From NCBI GenBank assembly GCA_965205655.1, contig CBDBIJ010000016.1, positions 1 through 32,952 of the forward strand: a stretch of 32,952 nucleotides of DNA, written 5' to 3'. How positions within the stretch are numbered: the first letter of the stretch is position 1; each line of letters opens with the position of its first letter. The DNA is from Candidatus Latescibacterota bacterium. Its GTDB lineage: Bacteria > Latescibacterota > UBA2968 > UBA8231. The notes below the pieces were generated by a model. It had not been told where the DNA came from. It worked only from the letters and a program-made list of their open reading frames with translations, and did not search any database. Made by a program: the position numbers and the translations under genes. Shown here piece by piece: positions 9,304 through 17,824 of this stretch.

Positions 9304-10079
9304 ATGAATGTCCGGTCTTTTCTTTTTGCTTGTGGTTGCATGCTGTCGATCTCCGGGCCTGTCGCCGCGGACGTCACCGTGTTTGCGGCGGCGAGCCTGA
9401 CGACGGCGCTTCGGCAGATTCTGTCACCTGACGACGACCCTACCGTGCGGTGCTCCTTCGCCAGTTCTTCCTCTCTGGCGCGCCAGATCGACGCCGGCGC
9501 ACCGGCCGATCTCTTCCTGTCGGCCAACGAAGAGTGGATGGACTACCTGCAGGGACGGGGTCGCATCGATGCTGAGTCACGTGTCGACCTGCTGGCCAAC
9601 CGCATCGTCGTCGTCGCGCCGGCAGGGGCTGGCCTGTCAGTGCAACCGCGCGCCGGTTTCGATTTTCCGGTGCCTTCCGCGGGCGCCTTGCCCTCGGCGA
9701 CCCGGATCACGTACCGGCGGGGATTTACGCCAGGCAGGCACTCGAGATGCTGGGCTGGTGGCCCGCATTGAAGGACCGACTGGCACCGGCGTCTGATGTG
9801 CGCGCCGCAACTGTCTTTGTGGAGCGTGGCGAATGTTCCGCGGGCATCATCTACGCCACCGATGCGGCCATCAGCCGCAAAGTGGAGGTCGTCGCCGAAC
9901 TGGCGGACAGCCTGCATTCGCCAATCCGTTACCCGGCCGCCATCGTCAAGGGTCGCGCCACCGCGGAGGTGCGCGCCATCCTGGACAGTCTGCGCTCGCC
10001 TGGCGCCGCCGCCGTGTTTCGCCGACACGGCTTCACCGTGGTCGCCCATCCGTTGCCGGCGCCGCAGGTCGAGGAGTAG
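9304..10079 (+). CDS. modA: Molybdate ABC transporter substrate-binding protein (one apparent 1-bp deletion ~9665)
   Basis: VFAAASL, SFASSSSLARQIDAGAPADLFLSAN, then after the frame switch GDPDHVPAGIYA, DVRAA, GIIYATDA, HSPIRYPAA. Confidence 0.88.
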
Positions 10080-10085
10080 CCGCCT

Positions 10086-10760
10086 TTGCCCACCCCTGAG
10101 GAATTGCATGTCCTGGGCCTGTCGCTGCGCGTCGCCATCGCCTGCGTCGTCCTCAGTCTGCCTGTCGCCGTCGCTCTCGGATGGCTGCTGGCGCGGCACG
10201 AGTTCCGCGGCAAGCTCCTCGTCGACGGCCTGTGCCACCTGCCCCTGGTGCTTCCGCCCGTAGTGACGGGCTACCTGCTGCTGTTGCTGTTCGGCCGACG
10301 CGGCCTCCTCGGGCCGCTTCTTGAGGGCGTCGGCTTGACCCTCGCCTTCGACTGGAAAGGCGCCGCTATAGCATCGGCGGTGGTCGCATTTCCACTCGCT
10401 CTGCGCGCTGTCCGTCTCGCCATCGAGGCAGTGGACCCGCGTCTCGAGGGTGTGGCGAACACCCTGGGTGCCGGGCCGCTGCGGGTCTTCTTCACGGTCA
10501 CCCTGAGACTGGCTGCTCCGGGGGTGCTCGTCGGAGCGTTACTCGCATTCGCGCGCAGCCTCGGCGAGTTCGGCGCCACCATAACCTTTGTCGCCAATAT
10601 CTCAGGAGAGACGCGCACGATACCGTTGGCGATCTACACCTACCTGAACCAGCCCGGCGGGGAGGATGCCGCGACGCGTCTGGTGTGGGTTTCCGTCGCC
10701 GTATCCCTGGCTGCCCTGCTGGGCAGCGAGTGGGCGGTGCGCCGGTCGAGGCGCGACTGA
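10086..10760 (+). CDS. modB: Molybdate ABC transporter permease
   Basis: LPLVLPPVVTGY, FARSLGEFGATITF, TRTIPLAIY. Confidence 0.93.
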   Translation: MPTPEELHVLGLSLRVAIACVVLSLPVAVALGWLLARHEFRGKLLVDGLCHLPLVLPPVVTGYLLLLLFGRRGLLGPLLEGVGLTLAFDWKGAAIASAVVAFPLALRAVRLAIEAVDPRLEGVANTLGAGPLRVFFTVTLRLAAPGVLVGALLAFARSLGEFGATITFVANISGETRTIPLAIYTYLNQPGGEDAATRLVWVSVAVSLAALLGSEWAVRRSRRD

Positions 10761-10763
10761 GCC

Positions 10764-11843
10764 ATGCTGAGCCTGAGTCTTCAGCGCCGACTGGCCTCTT
10801 TCACGCTCGAAATGGAGGAGACGCTGCGCTACCCGGTGACTGCCATATATGGTCCGTCGGGTGCGGGGAAGACTTCGCTGCTGAACATGGTCGCCGGTCT
10901 GTTGCACCCGGACTCTGGCCGCATCGAACTCGACGGCGAGGTCCTCTACGACGCCGACGCCGGCGTCGATCGCCCGCCGCACTCCCGTCACCTGGGCTAC
11001 GTGTTCCAGGACGACCTGCTGTTCCCGCACCTGAACGTGGCCGACAACCTGCGCTTCGGCTACGATCTGCTGCGCCCCGCCGAGCGACGCTTCGAGCCCG
11101 AGCGCATCGTCGAGCTCCTCGAGATCGGCCCGCTGCTGACGCGCCGTCCCGGTCACCTGTCGGGCGGCGAGCGTCAACGCGTCGCACTCGGGCGGGCCCT
11201 GCTCGCCTCGCCGCGTCTGCTGTTGATGGACGAGCCGCTCGCCTCTCTCGACCAGGGCCTGAAGAGCCGCATCATCCCCTACCTGCGCCACGTGCGCACC
11301 GACCTCGGCATCCCCATTCTCTACGTGAGCCACTCCGTGGCCGAAATCCTCGAGCTCACCGGGCAGGTGATCGTCCTCGACGAGGGGCGCGTGGTCGCAC
11401 ACGGCGACTTCTTCAAGATCGCTTCAAACCCGCGCGTCCTGCCTTTGTTGGATGAGTTCGGTTTCGAGAATGTCCTGCCCGTGGAGATACTCCCGGACAC
11501 CGAGGCCTCGGGTGCCTGTCGTGCCCGCTTCGGTGACCAGGTGCTGCGCATCCCGGCCTGTGACCGTCCTGCAGGTACGCGTATTTTTGTCGGCCTGCGC
11601 GCTGACGACATCATTCTCTCCCGCGTCCGACCCGAGGGCCTGAGCCTGCGCAATATATTGCGCGGTACGGTGACGGAGGTCTCACAGACTGGATCCACGC
11701 GCCTTGTGTACGTCGACGTGGGCCGCCGCCTGGCGGCCAAGGTCACCCCGGAGGCCATCGCCGAGCTCGGCCTGGCGCCGGGGCAGGACATCTACTGCCT
11801 GATCAAGGCACATTCCCTGCGGCTGGGGCCCGAGGTCGATTAG
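10764..11843 (+). CDS. modC: Molybdate ABC transporter ATP-binding protein with TOBE domain
   Basis: Walker A GPSGAGKT, LSGGERQRVALGRAL, LLLMDEP, C-terminal TOBE (SLRNILRGTV...LIKA). Confidence 0.93.
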   Translation: MLSLSLQRRLASFTLEMEETLRYPVTAIYGPSGAGKTSLLNMVAGLLHPDSGRIELDGEVLYDADAGVDRPPHSRHLGYVFQDDLLFPHLNVADNLRFGYDLLRPAERRFEPERIVELLEIGPLLTRRPGHLSGGERQRVALGRALLASPRLLLMDEPLASLDQGLKSRIIPYLRHVRTDLGIPILYVSHSVAEILELTGQVIVLDEGRVVAHGDFFKIASNPRVLPLLDEFGFENVLPVEILPDTEASGACRARFGDQVLRIPACDRPAGTRIFVGLRADDIILSRVRPEGLSLRNILRGTVTEVSQTGSTRLVYVDVGRRLAAKVTPEAIAELGLAPGQDIYCLIKAHSLRLGPEVD

Positions 11844-11899
11844 GGCTCCCTGCCGCGGGCTGAGGAATCTCTGCGTTCCATTGGCGATGGATAAGAGCG

Positions 11900-12781
11900 A
11901 TGGCTGTTCCCGATAGTGATCCTATTGTCGTGGCACCGACGCTAACGCCGTTCGGGGATGATGATTCGGTGGACTATGACGCGCTCAGCCGAAACATCGA
12001 GCGCTGGGTGAGGACTCCGCTTTCAGGTTTTGTGCTGACTTCGGCGCAAGGCGAGGAATCGGCGTTGAGCGAAGACGAGAAAGTCGAGATCGTCAGCACG
12101 GTCAATCTGGCTCATGCCGGTCAACGTCTCACCATCGCAGGTATTGACAGTACATCGCAGAGCGAAGCTGTTCGTCTGGCGGAGCAATATGCGAATGCAG
12201 GAGCGGATCTGGTTCGCGTTCGCGTGCCGAGAGGGCTCCCGCCGGAGGCGATAGAGCACTACTTCGAGTCGGTGACAACTCATTCCCCCCTTCCCGTGGT
12301 GGTCATTCACCAGACCTTTACAGATGCACCGGCGGCTCCACCTGAAATTCTCGGCGCAATTTGCGAACGCGATAATGTATTCGGGTATATCACGGACCAA
12401 AACCTTCGCTTCGAGGCGTACGTGCGGGCGCTCGTGCCGCGAGACCGCCGTTTCTGGATCTGCAATGGGGGGCTGCTGGCATACGGCATGCTGATGGGAG
12501 CGAACGGGGCATGCATGTGGCTTGGAAATGTGGCGCCCTCGCTGTGCATGGAGATCGTGCGACTGGGGTATGACGAGCGATTCGCGGAGACTCGCTCTCT
12601 TCAGGCCATGGCATCGCGCATCGATGGAACTGTCATCAGGTACGGCGCACCGGGTGTAAAGACAGCTATGGATGTTCTCGGATTCGAAGGGATGCGACCT
12701 CGTCTTCCAGCACTACCGGTTGCCGCAGAGGGACGAGAGGAGATCATCAAGGTGTTGACTGAAGCGGGTCTAACGGGATGA
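11900..12781 (+). CDS. DapA/NAL (dihydrodipicolinate synthase) superfamily protein, divergent active site
   Basis: TPFGDDDSVDYDAL, GE...LS.DEK, A...GAD, GANGA, KTAMDVLG..PRLP match the fold; the catalytic positions are atypical (see findings). Confidence 0.8.
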   Translation: MAVPDSDPIVVAPTLTPFGDDDSVDYDALSRNIERWVRTPLSGFVLTSAQGEESALSEDEKVEIVSTVNLAHAGQRLTIAGIDSTSQSEAVRLAEQYANAGADLVRVRVPRGLPPEAIEHYFESVTTHSPLPVVVIHQTFTDAPAAPPEILGAICERDNVFGYITDQNLRFEAYVRALVPRDRRFWICNGGLLAYGMLMGANGACMWLGNVAPSLCMEIVRLGYDERFAETRSLQAMASRIDGTVIRYGAPGVKTAMDVLGFEGMRPRLPALPVAAEGREEIIKVLTEAGLTG

Positions 12782-12800
12782 CGTCGGATCGTCAGCGACC

Positions 12801-12828
12801 TTGCCAGCACTTGAGGCCGCGCTATCTT
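12801..12828 (+). promoter_or_regulatory. Possible promoter for the metallophosphoesterase
   Basis: TTGCCA-N16-TATCTT in the intergenic gap. Confidence 0.3.
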
Positions 12829-12846
12829 GTCGCCCACTGACGATGG

Positions 12847-13761
12847 ATGACCCCGCAGCAGAGGACGAAAATGCGCATAACTCACACATGGACGGATGAG
12901 TCGGCGACCATAAAGATCGAGGGGCTGGCGAAGCCGGTGCGGCTACTGCACGTCACCGACTCGCATCTCGGGCTCATCGACGACCGCGACGCCGAGCATA
13001 TGGAAGCGTGCGGCGGATTTCGCGAGAAGTTCGGCGAGCGCCGCAAGGATGGAAACGGCAATAACATCTATGCCGAGGAGACCTTCGCTGAGGTGATGCG
13101 AGACGTCGCCGGGAAGCAGGTGGACCTGCTGGCCCACACGGGCGATCTCATCCACTTCCCGTCCCAGGCCAACCTCGAAGGCGCTGCCGAGGGCCTTGCC
13201 AGCAGCGGCACCGAGTTCATGTTTACGGCCGGCAACCACGACTGGCACTTTTCGGACATGCCAAAAGGCACGGCCGCAAGAGACAAGGCGTGGCCGTCGT
13301 TGGATCGACTGACAGATGGCCACCCTTCACATCAGGCGCGCGATGTGGGCGGTATTCGCTTCGTGGCCGTCGACGACTCGACGTACGAGATCAGCGAGGA
13401 GCAGCTCACGTTTCTCACCGAGCAGCTGGCTGCTGGTCTGCCGACAGTGCTGTTGACGCATATTCCACTGAGTTTGCCGACCCTGCGCGATCCGACGATT
13501 GCAGTGTGGAAAAGGCCGCTCCTTCTGGCCGACCCATGGTGGGGGGAAGGGGCTCGAGAGATACAGGGGATTAGCCCCGACTCGGCCGAGACGCTCGAGT
13601 TTGTGCGCTCGTTGTCAGCCGCCCCGAACCTGGTCGCCATCTTCTGCGGCCACGTCCACTTTCCGCATGTCGACGCGATCTCTCCCCAGGCGGTACAGTA
13701 TGTGGGACCTTCCGCCTTCGAGGCCCGTCAGCGGCTCGTCGAGCTCCTGCCGCTGGACTAG
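12847..13761 (+). CDS. Calcineurin-like metallophosphoesterase (CpdA/Icc-like)
   Basis: HVTDSH, TGDL, GNHD, LTHIP, GHVH motifs; alternative start at 12871. Confidence 0.88.
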   Translation: MTPQQRTKMRITHTWTDESATIKIEGLAKPVRLLHVTDSHLGLIDDRDAEHMEACGGFREKFGERRKDGNGNNIYAEETFAEVMRDVAGKQVDLLAHTGDLIHFPSQANLEGAAEGLASSGTEFMFTAGNHDWHFSDMPKGTAARDKAWPSLDRLTDGHPSHQARDVGGIRFVAVDDSTYEISEEQLTFLTEQLAAGLPTVLLTHIPLSLPTLRDPTIAVWKRPLLLADPWWGEGAREIQGISPDSAETLEFVRSLSAAPNLVAIFCGHVHFPHVDAISPQAVQYVGPSAFEARQRLVELLPLD

Positions 13762-13823
13762 GGTATATTCAATCGGTCAATGCAACATTCTTCCCACTAA
13801 TCTAATCATAGGAGATGTTGCAC

Positions 13824-14330
13824 ATGGCTCAAATGGGACGACCAGGATTGTCCGCGTCACAGAAGTTGGAGGTATGGCGTCGATGGAAGAGCGGCCAGTC
13901 GCATAGCGATATTGGTCGGGCGCTCGGGAAGCATCCGGCGTCGATTCATGGTGTCATCACCGCCAATGGGGGCATCGTACCAATGCCGCGTCGACGCTCT
14001 CGATGGGCTCTTGGCTGGGAAGAGCGTGAAGAGATCTCTCGAGGTATCGCTGCGGGAAAATCGATACGAATAATTGCGGCCGCTGTTGAGCGTGCACCCT
14101 CGACGGTTAGCCGAGAGATTGCCCGCAATGGCGGGCGGCAAAGGTACCGAGCAAACGTCGCCGACCAAGCAGCCTGGACGCGCGCCAGCCGGCCGAAATG
14201 CTGCCGACTCGCATCCAATCTTCGTTTGCGGCGAGTCGTGGCGGACAAGCTACGCCTGAAGTGGTCACCTGAGCAGATATCGGGATGGCTGAAGCGGGAG
14301 TATGCGCTTTTAGGAAATATGCAGATATCC
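13824..14330 (+). pseudogene. IS30-family transposase, N-terminal (HTH) part
   Basis: AGGAG RBS; EEREEISRG, RAPSTVSREIARNGG, WSPEQISGWL, ending MQIS at the insertion site. Confidence 0.9.
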
Positions 14331-14359
14331 GAGCTAGGGTCAAATGGTGTGTAAACGAC

Positions 14360-15562
14360 TCAGGCGGCGATCTTCTTCCTTTGCGCGATGGGTGATCCGT
14401 TTTCGTAGCACTCCCCGGCGTAGACGTCAGCCATGAGATGCGGTGCATTGAGTCGCCGGAATCGTTTCTCGGCCACCATCAGTACCCGCCAAATGAGGGC
14501 GGTGGCATTGGCCACCTTCCTGTATCGTTTGGCCGCATTGGTTCGCAACCGTACCGAAGCGAAGGGACTTTCGACGACGTTGGTGGTGCGCAGGTGTTGC
14601 CAGTGGGCCTCGGGAAAGTCGTAGAATGTCACCATACGGTCCCAATCGCGCTCAAGGATATCGACGGCGTCTGGACACTCGCGGCGAAACCGTTTGGCGA
14701 ATTGATCGCGACGTTTCGTCGCTTCCTGACGGGTCGGCGCGTACGGGAGTTGTGTCAGCAGGTGCCGCCCTTCGACCTGCACGCGTTTTGGCAGCTTATC
14801 CAGCACGTTCAGGATGCGGTGATTCCAGCATCGCTGTTCAGCCGTCTCCGGCCAGACCTCTGCCAGGGCCGCCCAGATACCCAGGTGCCCATCCGCCACC
14901 AACAACTTCGCCACGCTCAGTCCGCGGTCACGCAGATCGCGCAGTACGCCCGCCCACGACTCTGTCGATTCGCGATAGCCCGGGACAATCGTCAGGACTT
15001 CTTTGCGCCCATCGCTCATCGCGCCGATGACCACCAGGAGAGCGGCTTTTTGCTTCTCAAGACCGGCTTTGACGTAGATCCCGTCCGCCCAGGCGTAGAC
15101 GAGCTCGCGGTCATCCAGTCGTCGGCTGCGCCAGGCGTTGTATTCGACGATCCACTTCTCACGCAAACGAGCGATCGAGGACGCCGACAAAGGCGCTCCC
15201 TTGCCCAGCAGGCCGCGCAGCGCCAGCTCGAAGTCGCCCTGAGACAAACCGTGCAGGTAAAGCTCTGGCAGCAGCTGACCTGTTTCTTGGGTGCGCCGGG
15301 CGAACAGCGGCAGTACCGCACTCTCAAATCGCTCTTCCAGACCCCGCACCCGAGGGCGTTTCACCTCGATCGTGCCCGAGGTCAAGGACAGTCGCCGCCG
15401 CTTCCCGTACCCATTGCGGTAGCCGCCGGCTGCGTCCAACGGTGCCTGTCGCTCGTACCGTGACCGTCCCAGCGCATGGGTGACTTCTTCATCCAGAACC
15501 GACTGCATCAGCGACTGAATCTGCGAGCGTGTCCACTCTTCCAGCGTTTCGAACGTGGGCAT
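14360..15562 (-). CDS. IS256-family transposase; its first 13 codons (MAQPKPSTTEMSM) are displaced to 16946..16908 by the IS3 insertion
   Basis: YRNGY, ELYLHGLS, WADGIY, VADGHLG, QRCWNH, TTNVVES; AGGAG RBS precedes the displaced ATG at 16946. Confidence 0.9.
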   Translation of the reverse strand: MPTFETLEEWTRSQIQSLMQSVLDEEVTHALGRSRYERQAPLDAAGGYRNGYGKRRRLSLTSGTIEVKRPRVRGLEERFESAVLPLFARRTQETGQLLPELYLHGLSQGDFELALRGLLGKGAPLSASSIARLREKWIVEYNAWRSRRLDDRELVYAWADGIYVKAGLEKQKAALLVVIGAMSDGRKEVLTIVPGYRESTESWAGVLRDLRDRGLSVAKLLVADGHLGIWAALAEVWPETAEQRCWNHRILNVLDKLPKRVQVEGRHLLTQLPYAPTRQEATKRRDQFAKRFRRECPDAVDILERDWDRMVTFYDFPEAHWQHLRTTNVVESPFASVRLRTNAAKRYRKVANATALIWRVLMVAEKRFRRLNAPHLMADVYAGECYENGSPIAQRKKIAA

Positions 15563-15629
15563 GTCCAGCGCCCCAGGGTTTTCTTGGACACATTAGAGGG
15601 TCCACATGGACCTGAAAGGAGTGTTCGAG

Positions 15630-15961
15630 ATGACTAAGCAGAAGAAGGGTGTTCGGGTCGGCCGATTCTCCGCTCGTCGAAAGCAGGAGGCGGTGTTGCG
15701 CCTGCTGCGTGGGGAGGACCTGGAGGTCCTGTCCCGGGAGTTGGGTGTGATGGCAGCCACGCGCTGAGTGAGTGGCGCGAGCAGTTCCTGGGTGGGGGTG
15801 AGTCAGCTCTGCACAGCCGTACCCGTGATGAGCGGGATGAACAGATCGCCCGCCTGAAAGCGAAGGTGGGGGATCTGACGATGGACAACGAGTTGCTGGA
15901 GTCCAAGATCCATCGCCTGGAGGATGGACTCCCTTTGGCATCCCGGAGGTCGAAGCGATGA
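15630..15961 (+). CDS. IS3-family transposase OrfA (HTH + leucine zipper); apparent +2 indel ~15760
   Basis: RFSARRKQEAVLRLLRGEDLEVLSRELGV..LSEWREQFL..GESAL...IARLKAKVGDLTMDNELL; AAGGAG RBS. Confidence 0.75.
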
Positions 15962-16867
15962 GCCAGACCCAGTCGCCCTCCAGGAAGCGGCCGTACAGGC
16001 TGCAGCGTGTGTGTCGGGTCTGGCAGTTTCCTCGCTCCACCGTCCACGAGCATCGGCGTCGGGCGGCTCTGCGTCCGGAGGAGCGTCTTGAGCGGAAGAA
16101 ACGAGGTCCCCAAGGGCCGTGTACCGACGATGAGCTAGCTGAGAAGATTCGCGAGTTGCTGAAGGCGTCCCCCTTTCACGGGGAAGGCTACCGCAAGATG
16201 TGGGCCCAGGCTGCGGGCGCAGGACATCCGCACCTCGAAGGAACGCGTACGCCGTGTGATGCGCGAGCACGGCCTGCAGGTGCCGCAACGCGCCGGCCAG
16301 CCAAGGGGCCCGCAAGCACACGACGGGACGATCACCACCGAGCGACCAGACCAGATGTGGGGAACCGACTTGACCACCACCGTGACCACCGGCGAAGGCA
16401 CAGCTACGGTCTTCGTGGCTGTCGACCACTGCAGCTCGGAGTGCATCGGCATTCATGCAGCGGCCACAGGCGACCGTTTCGAGGCCCTGGAGCCGATCCA
16501 CCAGGGAGTCCGCGAACACTTCGGCGGCGGCGACAAGGGTATCGCCGGGGGGCTGCAGCTGCGCCACGATCATGGCTCTGCGTACATGTCCGACCACTTC
16601 CAGAAACAGATCGACTTCCTGGGCATCGAGTCATCGCCCAGCTTCGTGCGTGCCCCGGAGGGCAATGGCTGCTCCGAGCGATTCATCCGCACCCTCAAGG
16701 AGAATCTCCTGTGGGTCCGATACTTTGCCACGGTCGAAGAGCTCCGTCTTGCCCTGCTCGAATTCAAGAGAGTCTACAACGAGAAGTGGCTCCTCGAGCG
16801 ACACAACTATCAGACGCCAAACCAGGTGCGCCGGAGCTTCCAGCAGGAGTTGTCCAAGGCGGCCTGA
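15958..16867 (+). CDS. IS3-family transposase OrfB (integrase core); apparent +1 indel ~16206
   Basis: GEGYRKMWARLR, WGTDLT, RHDHGSAY, NGCSERFIRTLKE; ATGA overlap with the orfA stop. Confidence 0.85.
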
Positions 16868-17062
16868 CCATCCGCCAAATCAGTGTCCAGAAACCCAGGG
16901 CTTTACACATGGACATTTCCGTCGTGCTCGGCTTAGGTTGTGCCATGGCGATTCTCCTCTTCCTGCCGGGATAGCCCCGGCGTTTGTGATGGCTAATTAC
17001 AAAGGAAGGGTAGGATCGCCGTCTGTCTATTTCCACACCTTCTGATTATAGCTCAGATATCC

Positions 17063-17725
17063 CACGAAACGATCTATCGAACTCTCTTCATCCAGGCACG
17101 CGGGGCACTCAACAAGGACCTCATTGCGCATCTGCGGACGCGAAGGATGATGCGGCGATCCAAGAAGGCAAGCACACGCGATCAGCCGAGAGGCCGGATC
17201 GTCGACGCCGTATCCATCAGCGAGCGGCCTGCCGAGATCGAGGACCGCGCCGTTCCCGGCCACTGGGAGGGAGACTTGATCTCGGGGTCGAACAACACGC
17301 ACATCGCCACGTTGGTGGAGCGGCAGTCTCGGTTCACGATGCTCGTGAAGCTCAACGGCAAAGACACCGAGACCGTTGTCAGAGCGCTGATCAGCCAGGT
17401 GAAACGACTCCCCTCCGCGGTGCGGTTGTCCCTTACCTGGGATCGAGGAATGGAGCTAGCTCGGCACAAGGAGTTCTCGATCGCAACTGACGTCGAGGTG
17501 TATTTCTGTGATCCTCAGAGTCCCTGGCAACGAGGCACAAATGAGAACACGAATCGCCTTCTTCGACAGTACTTCCCGAGGAAGACCGATCTGTCGCTAT
17601 TCTCCCAAGCCGACCTGAACAGAGTCGCTCTTCAACTGAACCAGCGCCCGCGGAAGACGTTGGGGTTCGTTTCACCCGCAGAACGCTTCAATGAAGGTGT
17701 TGCGTTGACGAAGGTGTTGCGTTGA
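17063..17725 (+). pseudogene. IS30-family transposase, C-terminal (DDE) part
   Basis: Resumes HETIYRTLFIQARG; PGHWEGDLI, LTWDRG, SPWQRGTNENTNRLLRQY, RPRKTLG. Confidence 0.9.
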
Positions 17726-17743
17726 CGAAGGTGTTGCGTTGAC
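17693..17743 (+). repeat. Three perfect tandem copies of 17-bp GAAGGTGTTGCGTTGAC at the IS30 right end
   Basis: Units at 17693-17709, 17710-17726 and 17727-17743. Confidence 0.95.
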
Positions 17744-17824
17744 TGGCTAAGAGCGTCGCTCAGGCCACCTTCACCAACAAAAGAGCCTTGTACTACCTAT
17801 CCATAGGTAATGCCGCTGGACTGA

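Larger units (their letters stand above)
15563..16907 (+). mobile_element. IS3-family element with 3-bp target duplication (CAT)
   Basis: Ends (T)GTCCAGCGCCCCAGGGTTTTCTTGGACAC and rc right end TGTAAAGCCCTGGGTTTCTGGACAC; CAT at 15560-15562 and 16908-16910; orfA/orfB layout. The left end is uncertain by about 1 bp. Confidence 0.85.
14331..17054 (-). mobile_element. IS256-family element with 8-bp target duplication, itself interrupted by an IS3-family element
   Basis: IRs GAGCTAGGGTCAAATGGTGTGTAAA and rc right end GAGCTATAATCAGAAGGTGTGGAAA; direct repeat AGATATCC at 14323-14330 and 17055-17062. Confidence 0.92.
13762..17757 (+). mobile_element. IS30-family element, interrupted by a nested IS256-family element
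   Basis: Imperfect terminal IRs GGTATATTCAATCGGTCAATGCAACA and rc(17732-17757) GACGCTCTTAGCCAGTCAACGCAACA; the inner part matches and the outer ends are uncertain. The transposase halves rejoin in frame. Confidence 0.85.

Noticed and set aside
11900..12781. Assigning the gene symbol dapA
   Set aside because: The catalytic residues are not conserved, so true DHDPS activity is unlikely.
17693..17743. CRISPR or guide-RNA array
   Set aside because: The units are directly abutting with no spacers, only 17 bp long, and derive from the IS30 end; no cas-like genes are present.
13762..17757. Composite transposon carrying cargo genes
   Set aside because: Essentially all the sequence is accounted for by the three nested IS elements; there is no passenger gene.
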